A DNA stretch of 64,000 nucleotides. Origin: Bispira polyomma (Eukaryota). Within the stretch, counting starts at the first letter, position 1. Each line of letters starts with the position of its first letter. The stretch lies in the NCBI GenBank assembly GCA_965649765.1, contig OZ287752.1:17484001-17548000 (forward strand). Direction: 5' to 3'. This document shows positions 1-12,322 of this stretch, piece after piece. The position numbers and the translations under genes are program-made. Under the pieces are notes generated by a model. The model had not been told where the DNA came from. It saw nothing but the letters and a program-made list of their open reading frames with translations, and searched no databases.

Positions 1-3000
1 CACAGGACTTAACAGGTAGATTTAAGTCACAAAGGGGGGGTTCCATCGAGGTCCTTTGTAAAAAACAAGTAAAATGGCCAAACCACAAAATATTGGGAGG
101 GTCTCAGAGAGATAGAGTTTCGTGTAACAATTTGACTGTTTTCCAATGGGTGGCTGGCTTTGTCCAAGCGGCCCAGGAGGAGTCTGATCCTAAGATCAGA
201 AACATTATGTATGAATATTTAGGCGATCTCATGAAGGACACTCAAGACTTCTCCTGGCTCGCCGCCAAAGCCAGCCATGCTGTTCTACTCTGTAGAATGG
301 AGGAAGGTCGGGTAACATGGACAGAGTCCAAATAATTAGACAGAAGTAGGAGGGCTAATGCCCAGAGGGTGGGAGTTAAGAAAAGTAGTCAAGATAGTAG
401 TACCAAAACTAAAGATTTGCCTTGCAAATTCCACCAAAATGTCGGAAGTTCAAGGACCATGAGCACAATGACCAGCTTTATAGATACATCTGTGCCAGCT
501 TTTATACTCAGAATAAGGAACATAACCACCCTAGTAAAGAATGTAGGTCGAAAAACAATCAATGGCATTCACAAAACGAGTAAGGCACTGCTTGGCAGTG
601 CCTACACAGTATAAACAGTCCTTCAAAAAGGCAGACACACCTGTGTGGGGGGTAACTTTTGTTAATTCAAAATTTCATACTCAAACCCCAAAATCAGGGC
701 AATGTAACACTGTCTTTAGTAAAAACACTAAACCCAAGATCTGGGATAAAGTTGGTACCATAAATGGCAGTACACGGTTTGGTAGTGCTAGGTATTGGTC
801 CCAAGTGAAAAAAGTTGCAACATGTGTATCACATTGTGCACCTACGTTAGAACATAATAAAAACTTTCAAACAAGAGAGGTGGGCAAACATGAAAAATGT
901 TTAGCTCCATATTATGCAAAAGATACTTCACTGGTTCACAGAACTAACAGGACCCTTTGCCCAATTAACTTTAATCAGGTGAACAGTGCCATTGTTGAAT
1001 CTAGTGAAATCACCCCAAGTATTGATGGCAAAACCCCAGTAGTTTACACAAGTCTCAGCAATACTGAATCACATATTAAATGCTTTGCCAGTGACAGCTG
1101 TGATATTACGCAGCATAAACAGGTGGATAACAACACAGGTATTGGTCATAATAGACAAAACAAGGGGGATTAAAAACAGAAGGTAAGCATTTCTGTCCAA
1201 AATAGCAACAGAAAAACTACAAACCTTACAGATAATACTCCCCTTAAAAACACGTGTTCCTTTGAAAATACAAGTGAATCATCCTGTACCCTTGATTTGG
1301 TCTTACCAAATGTAGAAACACAAATGGGTAAAACAAGAAAAAGATCAGTATGACAATAGTACAGATCCAAACACCATTTGGGATGTGAATTGGCATTCAA
1401 AATACAGTGGAAATTTGTTTCTAAAAAATAAACAAAAACAAAGGCTGGAACGAGCCAAGGGAGTTGTGAATTTGAATTATTCAAAAAACAACAAAATTTC
1501 ATGTTTGGGTTTATACCACTGTAAAATTAAGCACAAACCAAGTGGTGGTGAATCATATACCACCATATGTCATGATCCACTACTGGCTCACAAGATAGTC
1601 AAAGCGTCAGGTAAGCCCAACTTTATGGGGCTCGACTACCTGTGGCAAGTCAGCTGCACGTCACTGAGTGGCAAAAACGTTTAGTGGGTTATTGGGATTG
1701 GCAGCTCCTTGAATTTCTCAAATATGGGTTTCCATTAGATTTTTCAACAAATATTGACTTCGTCAGTGAAAGGGTTAACCACCCCTCTGCAGTACAATAT
1801 AAGGACCATGCAGAAGCATACTTGAAAGAAGAACTTAGTTTTGGTGCCATAATAGGCCCATTTGATGACTGTCCCATGCAAAACCTACAATTTTCACCCT
1901 TCCTTACTAGGACTAAACCTGACTCAGAAAAAATGTCACGTTATTATTGACCTGAGTTGGCCGGAAGGTCATTCAGTAAACGCTGGTGTTAGTAAAGATG
2001 AATATTAGGCAGAGACTTTATACTCTCCTTTCCCTCTGTTGACGACATTGTCAGCCAGGTTAAAACATTGGGTAGAGGTTGTCATCTATACAAGTTGGAC
2101 ATTAGTCGTGCATTCAGGCATATAAAACTAGACCCTTTCCACTATAATTTGCTAGGGCTTCACCTAGACCAGGTGTACATTGATACTTGCCTGCCCTTTG
2201 GTTATAGGCAAGGGAGTTCATTGCTTCAGAGAATCTCGGACAGTATAAGATACATGATGTCTACAGAGGGCTTCCCTATCATAAACCACTGTGATGATCT
2301 GATAGGTTTTGGTGTCCCTAGTCAAGCAAAAATTGCATTTAACACATTGTACAATCTCCTGGGCAAGTTAAGTTTCAATATCAGCGCAAAAAAGATCATA
2401 AAACCTGATACAAAAGTCACCTGCCTAGGTATTGACATAGACACCATTCAAAGTGCCACTTCCATTCCAATAGAGAAGCTCCAAAAAATCAAAGCTTTGT
2501 GTGCAAATTGGGGTTCTCCTACTACAAAAACTATGTCACAAAAACAAGTTGCAGTCCCTGCTCGGATCTCTCCTCTATGTTTCGAAGTGCGTAAAATCAT
2601 CTAGATTTTTTCTGAACCGCATGCTAGATGTCCTAAGGTCAGCTTCCGGCAGTAAAAGAATTTCCCTCACTGCTGAGTTCCAGGACCTCTCATGGTTTAG
2701 GCAATTTCTTCACAAATTCAACGGGGTAACTTTCTATGACCAGAGACCCATTGATCATGAAATGGCCTTGGATGCTTGTCTCACGGGGATGGGGGGCCAC
2801 TGGGGAAATAGTTTTTATCATATGGGAGTTTCTGGGGTGGATAGTGATCTCGGAATCGTGCATCTTGAGATGCTAAACATCTTGGTGGCTCTGAGATTAT
2901 GGGGTAAATCATGGGGAAACAAGAAGGTACTTATCAGGTGCGATAATCAGGCGGTGGTTAGCGTTCTATCCACAGGGAAAACGAGGGACAGTTACCTTGC

Positions 3001-3230
3001 GGCTTGTGCCAAAAATATAGCCATGGAACTAGCTCTAAACAACATAGAGGCCAAGTTCATTCACATCTTTGGCAAACTGAATTGCATAGCTGACCTGCTT
3101 TCGCATTGGCATGGCTCTACTGCCCAGTATATGAGAAACTGTATGCTAGCATTCAACAACCAATTTGGTCACCTGTACACAGAAACCTTTTATATGTAAA
3201 TTGGGATATTTAATATAGGTTCAGCTTTGG
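1..3230 (+). mobile_element. Degenerate tyrosine-recombinase (DIRS-order, Ngaro-like) retrotransposon 1: gag-like, ORF2, RT, RNase H; runs off the window start, no YR seen
   Basis: Gag-like KSQRGG..KWPN..QWVAGF (1-335); RT N-term WDWQLLEFLKYGFPLDF and GPF..SPFLTR (1642-1950); LYKLDISRAFRH, LPFG and NHCDD in place of YxDD (2068-2604); RNase H ALDAC..IVHLEMLN..IRCDNQAVV..N.IADLLS (2501-3199); several frameshifts and stops. Confidence 0.9.
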
Positions 3231-3383
3231 GTACTATGGTGGCTGCCACAGCTACCAGTGTATCTGCCTGGGGAACACTGTCTGTACTGCCACAGAGTGC
3301 ACCACGTCAATTTCTCGTTTCCACCCGCTGGCGGCACTAATATGGAGTCAGTTGTAAACATGGTGGATCATGTATAATATCAT

Positions 3384-3575
3384 TGTGTCGGGTCAGTAGT
3401 CCTGGGCAAGCTGCTGCACTCTGGTCACCTTTGCTCTCATCACCAGGTGCCAGTGGGATGTCACCTGTTAGCTAGAAAGCTGGGAATGTGTCGGGTCAGC
3501 AGTTATGGGCAAAACTGCTGCACTCATTGTCCGTTGCTCTCATCACCAGGTGTCAGTAGGATGACACCTGTTGGC
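3384..3575. repeat. Two-copy tandem duplication, about 103 bp period
   Basis: tgtgtcgggtcag...ctgctgcactc...ttgctctcatcaccaggtg.cagt.ggatg.cacctgtt.gc at 3384 and 3487. Confidence 0.85.
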
Positions 3576-3782
3576 AAACAGAATGGGAACATCAACAAGG
3601 AAATTCCTCAACAGAAACACACTCCAGTCTACGAGACGGGCAAAGAGACCAGGGAAGCCAGGACCAGAGTAAAGAGAGAAATAATGATGAACCAGCTTTT
3701 ATAAATTTGCACATTTGGGCATTTATTCTTAAAATTATATATGTTAATATATTAGTAATGTTGCACATCAACTACACTATCT

Positions 3783-4022
3783 ACAATTTAAGTTTAATCT
3801 TAAACAGTTTTAAGGTCACTTCAACCTGGTCTGAGGCGAGCATAACATTTTGAAGTAAGGTGGCCTTAACTTGACTTTAAGGTCACCCCTAAAGTTAAAA
3901 CATTTTACACCAGTTTAAGGTTGAGGGTAGTTGACCTGTTTTAAGGTCACCCTTGTACATTAAGTTTAATTAATAAAAGGTTACCTTAAGGGCAACTTAA
4001 TTAAAGGTAAACTTAAGGTTTG
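3783..4022. repeat. Array of degenerate TTAAGGTNACCTTAA palindromes
   Basis: ttaaggtcac x3, taaggtggcctta, aaggttacctt, ttaaggtt within 240 bp. Confidence 0.75.
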
Positions 4023-4113
4023 ATATGAATGGACAATTCAACAATACTGTTAAACTGTGTGTAAAAGTAAGTACAAGATTTACATATAAAATGCCCAAAC
4101 GCCAAGCTGGTAG

Positions 4114-5085
4114 CTAAGTAGTGATGATATGTTGTAGGGAACGGGCCACTATAGCAAAGGCATTAGGGGTGGACTGGAGGTTGGCCCACACAGCTGATGA
4201 TCTCCAGCCCCCATGGGCCATTATTGATTGTAACTCCACATTGTTGTCAAACGCCAATGTGGCCCCTGACCTACGAAATGAAGGAAATGTAAATGAGGCA
4301 GGGTTCAATGCAAGTTTTACAATAATTTTCCTTAGAGTACGTCTTACTTTGTAAGCATTTAAAGGTAACAACTGCTTACCAACTCTACACAGAAATACCT
4401 GCATGCTGCTATCATTTTTATTAATTTTAAACATTTTCCTTAAGGCTGCCACAGGACATAGGTTAAAGTTTCCCAGAGAAGGGAGCTGCACAACATGATA
4501 CTGATTGTATCTTTGTAGGTTTTTTGCCCATCGGACTATTACGTGGACCCCAGGGGGACCCCACACAAAGTTCTCACAGGTGAGATGCCTCTCTGGATTA
4601 AAACTAGAAACACTCGTGGGGACCAAATTCGATAACCTAAAAAATCCAAAAAAGGCCGTTAAGAACAGAGCCTTATAGACATAAGAATGAGATATATATT
4701 TACAGTTGTAAATAATAGCCCTCAATATAGGCACAGTAATTATTCCTTTCAGCTGTGGAGTGTAAGGAGTAGAGAGTGTGAGAGACTTTAAAAACAGTCT
4801 AATCTGAGGGTGAGAAAAAACGCCCATGGGATAATCCCACAAGTGGAATTGATGCTTAATGGCAGATATGTAGTTCTGAATTGAAGGGAGCTTCAGACCC
4901 TGTTGAGCTAAATACTCCATGAATTGGAGGATAAATGCAAGAGAATGAATGTTTTTGGTGTTCATAAATATAGAAAAGGCAATCAAAAGCCGAACACACT
5001 TGCTGTAGGCTTGGTTTGTTTTTGGAGTCAATGCAGTTTGCAATTGGTGAGGTAATTTTGCAAGGGGGTACCTGTAATAACACAA
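4114..5085 (-). pseudogene. Tyrosine recombinase ORF of element 2, catalytically dead
   Basis: FFGFFRLSNL (R), RWAKN (K), HxxR altered to FPSFRR, HGGWRS, catalytic Tyr altered (AVWAN vs AVWSY in the related fragment at 54757-55032). Confidence 0.85.
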
Positions 5086-8000
5086 ATCTATAGTTCAGCA
5101 TTAAGGTGATAATGTTCTTTTTTGACAATACACCACTGTTTATCCCTGAGTCGGCTTTTCAAACTTTCATTTTGGAAACCAGGAATAAAGACACGGGACA
5201 GGTAGTCGGCATAGACGTTTCTTACTCCTGCAATATGTACAAGCTCCAACTTTATATTGAAGTTTCCAGCCACACACATCTAGCCATGGTTGCTAAATCC
5301 TGAACCCTGAAACAACTTGAATTGAGCGAGGCCACTACTGCCCTATTATCACACCAGACTTTTAGCTTTGTGTTTTCAAACTGTTTACCCCACATGCGCA
5401 GCAGCGTGACCGACACATTCCACATCTCAAAGTGGACAATGCCATAAGTCGAGGGAGTGTCAGCAGGGAGGGAGGCCGCATACACATAATTACCCCACAT
5501 AGCCCCAATACCTTGTAATGAGGCATCCACATACAGTTCATGCGTGTCACCACCCTTAAGATGCATCTCAACTACTCCATTGAATTGGCACAAAAAGGCG
5601 TTGAACCAATTAAGGTCCAATCTGAAAACATTAGTGAGTGTTATTGCCCTATTTGGATAGGTATCCCTCAACAGTTTCAACATTCTATTTAAAGACAATC
5701 TGTCAGGGTGGACACACCTAAGAACGTACAAAAGCTTTCCCAATAAAGACTGGAGCTGCCTACGTGTACACCGATCTCTACCCACCCATTGTTTACATTC
5801 AGCCTGTATAGACCCCAATTTCTCAGCGGGTATTGTTAGCGTGCCAGCACGAGCGTCAACAAGTATTCCCATGCAAACCACAGCCTCAGCTGGCTCACAC
5901 ACCTTATTTGGGTTAATTGGGAGGCCAAGATGTTCAATCAGTTTATAAAGATGTTAAAATGAGGAACTAGCCTTTCCACAAGGCTCTACTGCTACTAGAT
6001 CATCAATATAATTCCATATTTGGAAAGAATTTTGCTTCATTAGTCGACGTATATTGTCAGTGACAGGCTCACAAATGGCTGTGCCGTGCTTATAACCCAT
6101 CATAACTGCAAGGTCCACATAAGTCTTTCCCTTCCATTGTAAGCCTGCATATTGGTAACAATAAGGATCAATCCTTAAGTTCCTAAACGCGTGGGACAAG
6201 TCGATCTTATATAGTTTAGCAGTGGGTCCAATTTCATTAATTCAGTCAACCATCATGTCAATGTTCGGGAGAGTCAGGGTAAAGTCAAGGCCATCATAGA
6301 CCCCATCACACACTGCACTATTGACTGAGGGGGCATCATGAAGCCACGACAGGTCGACTATTATACGTCTACTTTTATCATCCTTTGACCGGGTCATGAC
6401 AGGGGAACAATGTAACTTTTTATAGGGCTTTCTGTCAAAAGGACCCGCAATAGCCTTATGCAGGCGCTCGATTACAAAATACTTGTCCACCTCATCGGGG
6501 TATTCAAGGGCACTGTCATGATTTTTTACACTTTCATTAAACACAAAATCAGCAGTGTCAATGTCAAGGGGAAAACCAAATTCTAAGTATTCAGGGAGGA
6601 AAACGTCCCCGTCTCCTTTTAACACTGTCCTCCAATTATTTATATTAAGTTCTGAAGGGACAGGGACCCTTGCCCTCAAATAATTTTGGCACTCGAATGA
6701 CTTCACTTTTTGGTGAGCTTTAATAGCCCAATCCTTCAATGAACTATACTCAATGGACAACTTTCACCCTTGACACTTAGCACTGGACTGTACAAACACA
6801 TGAAACCACAGTTATCACTTAATTTTTTCCCCACAGGCAGGACGTCAGGATTATCATTAGCAATCAATGCGCTGGGGTTTTCACTGCAGGCCATGGCTTC
6901 ACAATGGGGGTCACTTTGAATTGGATTTTTCACAGAATTGGAAAGAATGGTGCTGACACCTGAATGAGAAACCACTACTGGAGTGGGAATAAGGGGTTCG
7001 CCCTTAGAACAATGAACGACAGAACTGGGGGACAATTCCGTTTTCCCCAGAATACACACAGGCTGGCTATTCTCACCAGCCCTGACACCTTTACTCACAA
7101 CAACATCACTTGCTGTCGAGTGACACATTATATTTACATTAGGTTCAGTCTTTTTAACACACTGTTTTTCACACACCATTTTTACAAAATTTTTGTCTTG
7201 TGAATTTTTAATAACCTTTTCATATTTACACACTTCATCACATTCTTGGGAATACAGGGTTTTAGAGGCACAATATGCTTTATTCCAAAAAACCCGAGTT
7301 TTGTATTTAAGTCAATTTTGACCTCCCTTGTTCAAATCTTTGCTATGAACCTTATTTTTATCACAGTGAATTTCTCTATGATACTGATTGCGTTTCCCTT
7401 GATTGTGACATTTTGAACAAGCGTGCTTGAGAATCATATTCCCATAAATGTGATCCTCAGTTTGAGAACATGTGCCCTTGTTAAAAGTACTGCACATCAC
7501 CGTGGTAGTTTTCCCTTTACTTTTTCACTACCCCCAGCCCCTTTGTTTTCATGAGAAGAGTTTTCCCTTAGAGTGCGCTGCGTTAATCGAGCACGCAAAT
7601 CATGTACATCCCTGATGTCTTCCCAATTTATTTTACCCTTCTCCATTTCTAATAACAATTGGCAATGGGCCATTTTCACAGTGTGCCAGGATGTTTCAAG
7701 GGCATCACGTATCAACTGCATGCCATATTTCAGCATGCTATTTCGGATATGATTACTTTTTTCTTCATAAATACAACCCAAATACCCTTGAAACCACATG
7801 ATGGGCGACAACTCATCATATGAGGGCTGTTTTTAGTAGAGGTAATATAACACAACTCATGTGGCCAGTTTACAACATGTTGTACATATGCAGCCCAGAT
7901 TTAAGCTTAAGCTTACCAGGCTCGGGAGATTCTAGGTACTGACATCTGTGCCTCTGTAACCGTCTGTCAACCTGAGCTTGTATTTCCTCATTGCTCCTCA

Positions 8001-9120
8001 GATATCTCTGGCTGAGAAGTATGTCATCATCACGGTCGTGTACATCATCATGATAGAAATCTTGGTCATAATGTGATTCTCGCAGCCGCCTATGCACAGG
8101 GTTTAAATCTTAATGTTCTTCAATGTCCTGGTCTGGATCCTGTGCATAACCCTGATGCACTGGCGAGCTGTGAGAGGGGAAAAACTACTTTACCACTAGA
8201 GTCCGATTTTTTCTGTTGCAATTCCTGTTTTACCTCAGTCATATCATTCTCAAATTGTTGTAACTTATTGAGGATGATATCCAGTTTATTAACAGCAGGG
8301 GGATCCTCCATGTCTTCCTGTTGTACATCTGACTGCTTCTTCCTCGTCTTCCTGGGGGCAGCTACACCACTTGCAGGTCCAGATCCGCTTCCTTTCTGAG
8401 ACTGATTTCGCTTTCTGCCCCTAGTAGCTGGAGCACTAAGCACAGTCAAATCCAGGTTACAATCCCTCCCCACCGGCCGGTGGTGCACGATGTTACATCT
8501 TTTACAGAAAGCAGTCTTGGTAGCCATTCGCACACATGAGATATCCAACACTAGTCTACAAATAGTCCACTTTTATATTGTTTTAGTTTTTCTGAAAGCA
8601 CAAAGTGAGAAGTCTGCAGTCCACGCTTGTTGTTTATTTGGTTAATGTGAATTTGAAATATTTTAAAATTCCACAGATTAAAATAATTAAAGGAAATTTA
8701 AAAATTATAAAACCACACTAAAAGCGCGGGAAAAGTGATCACGTCCCCAAATAAGTAGGCATAAAAAGCCAAAACAAGCATGAATGGCAGAGCACAAATC
8801 CAGCAGCACTTCTCCCAGCAGATGAAGTTTTATGCTGAAAAGCTTAGAAACATGAGCTTTTATGCCCAAGTGTGTGACACTTGAGAAGTGCCTGACATCA
8901 CATAGCTAATTAATAAAGGGGGAAAGGAGGGGGAATGTTAGGTATATGTTTTACTTACATGGCCCTTACTCAGACTGACACCAAGTGCTTAAGCCCCTTG
9001 TACACATGACCAGCCACCTTTAAGGGTCATACTTCTGCTTAGGGTAAGGGGCTGTATTGCACAGGTCGTATTCTTATTTAGCTAGAATGTGGGTGGTCCC
9101 CTGATTTTGCATAACATCAG
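4114..9120 (-). mobile_element. Degenerate Ngaro-like DIRS retrotransposon 2 (gag - ORF2 - RT - RNase H - YR, no methyltransferase domain seen)
   Basis: Gag with CxxC..H..RPVG..C (8120-8551) and WFQGYL/CCHC-like segments (7312-7811); RT FGFPLD..SPVMTR..RRIIVDLS, NYIDD (5954-6760); RNase H YVDAS..HFEMWN..WCDN (5088-5902); YR 4114-5085; the 5' boundary near 9120 is approximate. Confidence 0.9.
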
Positions 9121-9364
9121 GGAAATATATATAAATAAATGTTTTTATGATGTCATGTTATAATGAGGTATGCTAACCACTGTTGTATCAGCTATTTTGG
9201 TATTAATTGTTTTTAATGATTTTACTTTGTAACTTTTAAAGGGGTGCTGAACTACTTCTCAATTAATTGCATATCTGCAATAACTTATAAAAAACTAAGT
9301 AATTAACTCTTTTCCATAATGTACTCAGGTATCCCATCAGGACCTGAGCACTCATCAAAAATTT

Positions 9365-9598
9365 AGTTGCCCTAACCTGGAGTTAAGGCTACCTCTAGAA
9401 AAATTTAATTTAAAGTCAATCTTAAATTTAGAATTTATTGTTTTCACTTTAAGTTCAAACTTTAGATAACCTTAAACCTTAACCTCAGCTTAAACTTAAA
9501 TTGTGGTTGCCACTTAAGTTAAGTTTTTTCGTAATGATAAAGTCACTTTAGGCAACCTTAAACTGTTTTTAACTCCCACCTCAAACTCAGTTGAGGTC
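9365..9598. repeat. Array of degenerate TTAAGGTNACCTTAA palindromes, related to 3783-4022
   Basis: ttaaggctacct, ataaccttaa, ggcaaccttaa; ttaaacttaaattgt (9490-9504) is the reverse complement of acaatttaagtttaa (3783-3797). Confidence 0.65.
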
Positions 9599-12143
9599 AT
9601 AGTGATGTATAATGTTCATGTAAATGATTATTTATTATTATAGTAAAACGTTCATACAGTAGTAGTATAATCTGGATGTGTATATATTTAATAGTAGTTT
9701 TAATCGATGTGCTTTGTAAATAAACTCGTATTCGACATATATGTTTTTCCCTGCGTCCTCTAGGGCTTACCTTCTTTGACCTAGAACTGATGTCCAAACA
9801 AGTTTTTGTACTTTTATATTGTAAACAAAGAACCTGGTCTTGTATAATTTAGCAATAATAATAATAGCAACAGATTGCTTGAAATGTTTACATATGTGAA
9901 CACTCACCTTTAAGAGTCTTGACAATAAATAAAAAGGGCACTATTAGAAAACATTTTATTTGTTATCTATTTAATTATTGTATTTGTAGAAAATAAATAC
10001 ATTGATACATATCTGAGATGACTAATTTGATTTATCATAAACATTTCATCACATTGAAATCTCCTCTCTTTAACATCACACATTCTTAACATTACCTGTG
10101 TTTATCAAGTCTTCATGGGAATATAGATCTGCCATGATACTGTCTATTAATGTATTGAATTTGGTGTCATACCTAATGATAAAGAATGTTCAGTGACTGA
10201 GTAACAATATTTAATATTCTACATAAGTCAGAGTTACTACTCCTTTCCATATGTTTCACACACAGTTTTATACATGGATATTAAATGTTTATCATATTCC
10301 CTATAAATTTATTCATTCATTTAAAAAATTATATTAAATAGGAATGACGTTACATAGCAAGGGAATATATCTAGAATGAGTCATATTTGAAAAACCCAAC
10401 AACCTTAGTAAATATTGTTACTACCTAGTTCTCAGAACATGGTAGCATACAAATGCATAGAACATGTAAGTAATTTATTCTTAACATACAGGCCTTTTGC
10501 AAACATATAAATGGTGAAAGTGTTTGAAAGAACATGATAATGTAAACAATGTTATTGAGTGTACAAGTGACACGAAAATAAAATAACATAAAAAGAGACT
10601 TATAACATTTAAAACAAATTTACGCATGCATTGAGCCAATGATACCCTTTTGTTTGCAGTTTACATGCAAACTGTCCTTATCTTGGAAATGCATGTAAGT
10701 TACTAGTGGCAATTGCAGTTCAGTCAAGAGTGAACCAGTCCAAATACAATGTACTACACTCATGCCTAACACCCAATCATATTTTACCTCGGGTAAAAAA
10801 GCACACACAGCACTCATTCACCCTCAGTTACTAGAGCAAAGAAGGTCGAAGCCACCTTGGATGCAGCTGTATTCTGATTGAATAATTTTATAATCAAACA
10901 TTGTGAAATGACATCTTGTTAAAATCTTTCAGCATTTGTAATATTTCAACAACTCAAGTACCTAATACAAATTTGTAGATCCGGCCCCCCTCATCTCTTT
11001 ATTACACAGATCAACGAGATTGACTGTGCATACCATTAATAATATACGTTAAAACCCATAATACAATACAATGTTGATTGGACTTTCAATACACTACAAT
11101 AATAATAATACAAGATCATAATGTAATACCAACCATCAAATGAAGTTTTATCAGATATACATGAGAATATTATGAATCTCCAAAATTAGTAAATTTAGTA
11201 CAAAAGTACATTTTGTGTCAAGATAACAAATCAGGTAACAGGGAAAAGTGAAATACAAGAGAAAATAACTAAGTGAACGAAGGAAATGTCAGAAATGCTG
11301 GAGACAGGATTATAATGGAATCTGTGGGACAAACAAATTATTGCTAATTTCTTGTATAATTCACATTCTACAATAATCCCAGTTGATTTAATCCTGTAGG
11401 TTTAGCACCAGCCAGAAATAGCATAACCATTTAAATGGACATATCCAATCGAGCCCTCATATCACAAAAGCCCACTATCTTATTTATGTCTGTAGAAGAA
11501 GAAGCTCATGAAACTTATTTCAGGTTTATCTGTACTGTATGTATGGACTGTTGTATTTGAGTTTTATTTTAAGTTACATTCCTATGAGGATAGTTTTAAA
11601 CGCAGAGAATTTAGGATCAGTGTGACTTATGCCAAGGTCAAACAGTGGCAATTTTTTATCACTAATGCCGAAAGACCTGAAATTGGAAACAAATTTTCCC
11701 CCTGATTATTTGCCATTCCTTCCTATTTTCCTTCCTTGTGGTGGTGCCTCAAGATATAAACTGTTTGAAATTATTTAGCCATTCACCTTTACAATGGTTT
11801 GTATCAGCTTCTTTGGAGTGGTAAAATCCTCTTAGCTTCCTCATACAGACATTTACCTACATGTCGCCATTCCTTGTCTATCGTCTCCCTAATATACCAT
11901 AATATTGGACCCTTGTGGATTCGGCTTTGAAATTGTAATATATTAGTCGATATAAAATAAATTCCCGCTCTTTCCAGCAGAAATGATGAAGAATCAATAT
12001 TCTCCAATATTCCCACACTCACCCTCTTCTATATGTGACCTGGGCACAAGGCTTTGTGAGTGATAAGTAAACGCATATACTTTGTAAACAGTTTGTCCTG
12101 CATAATATCTAAATATCTAGTTATTTATATAATGTATTGTGCA

Positions 12144-12167
12144 AACCACAACAAGGAAGTTATTTAC
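12144..12167 (+). promoter_or_regulatory. Candidate RUNX-ETS-FOX motif cluster upstream of gene A
   Basis: AACCACA 12144-12150, AGGAAGT 12154-12160, TATTTAC 12161-12167; the same order occurs upstream of gene B. Confidence 0.35.
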
Positions 12168-12249
12168 ACATATTTATTTCAGAGAATAGCAATAATAAAG
12201 TACTGACGAAATAACTTTTTAATATCTCAAATGTTCAGATTTGTTTCAT

Positions 12250-12322
12250 ATGGGCATGTTTTTAGTCATGGGATTCTACGTTAATATCCATCTATCTATT
12301 ATCTGGATTTTTACCCTATTTT
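12250..12322 (+). CDS. Gene A exon 1, signal peptide MGMFLVMGFYVNIHLSIIWIFTLF (start may be 12268)
   Basis: Hydrophobic ORF ending T|gtaagt, phase 1, in frame with exon 2. Confidence 0.7.

Noticed and set aside
5071-7916. Spliced gag-YR fusion in element 2 (donor CCTG|GTAAGC at 7916, acceptor TTACAG| at 5072)
   Set aside because: The donor is phase 1 but the acceptor is phase 2 relative to the present YR frame; it would need an unproven frameshift
11600-12050. Possible RTE-type LINE 3' relic on the minus strand
   Set aside because: Only a vague resemblance (WLNN..RKENRKEW); too degenerate to support
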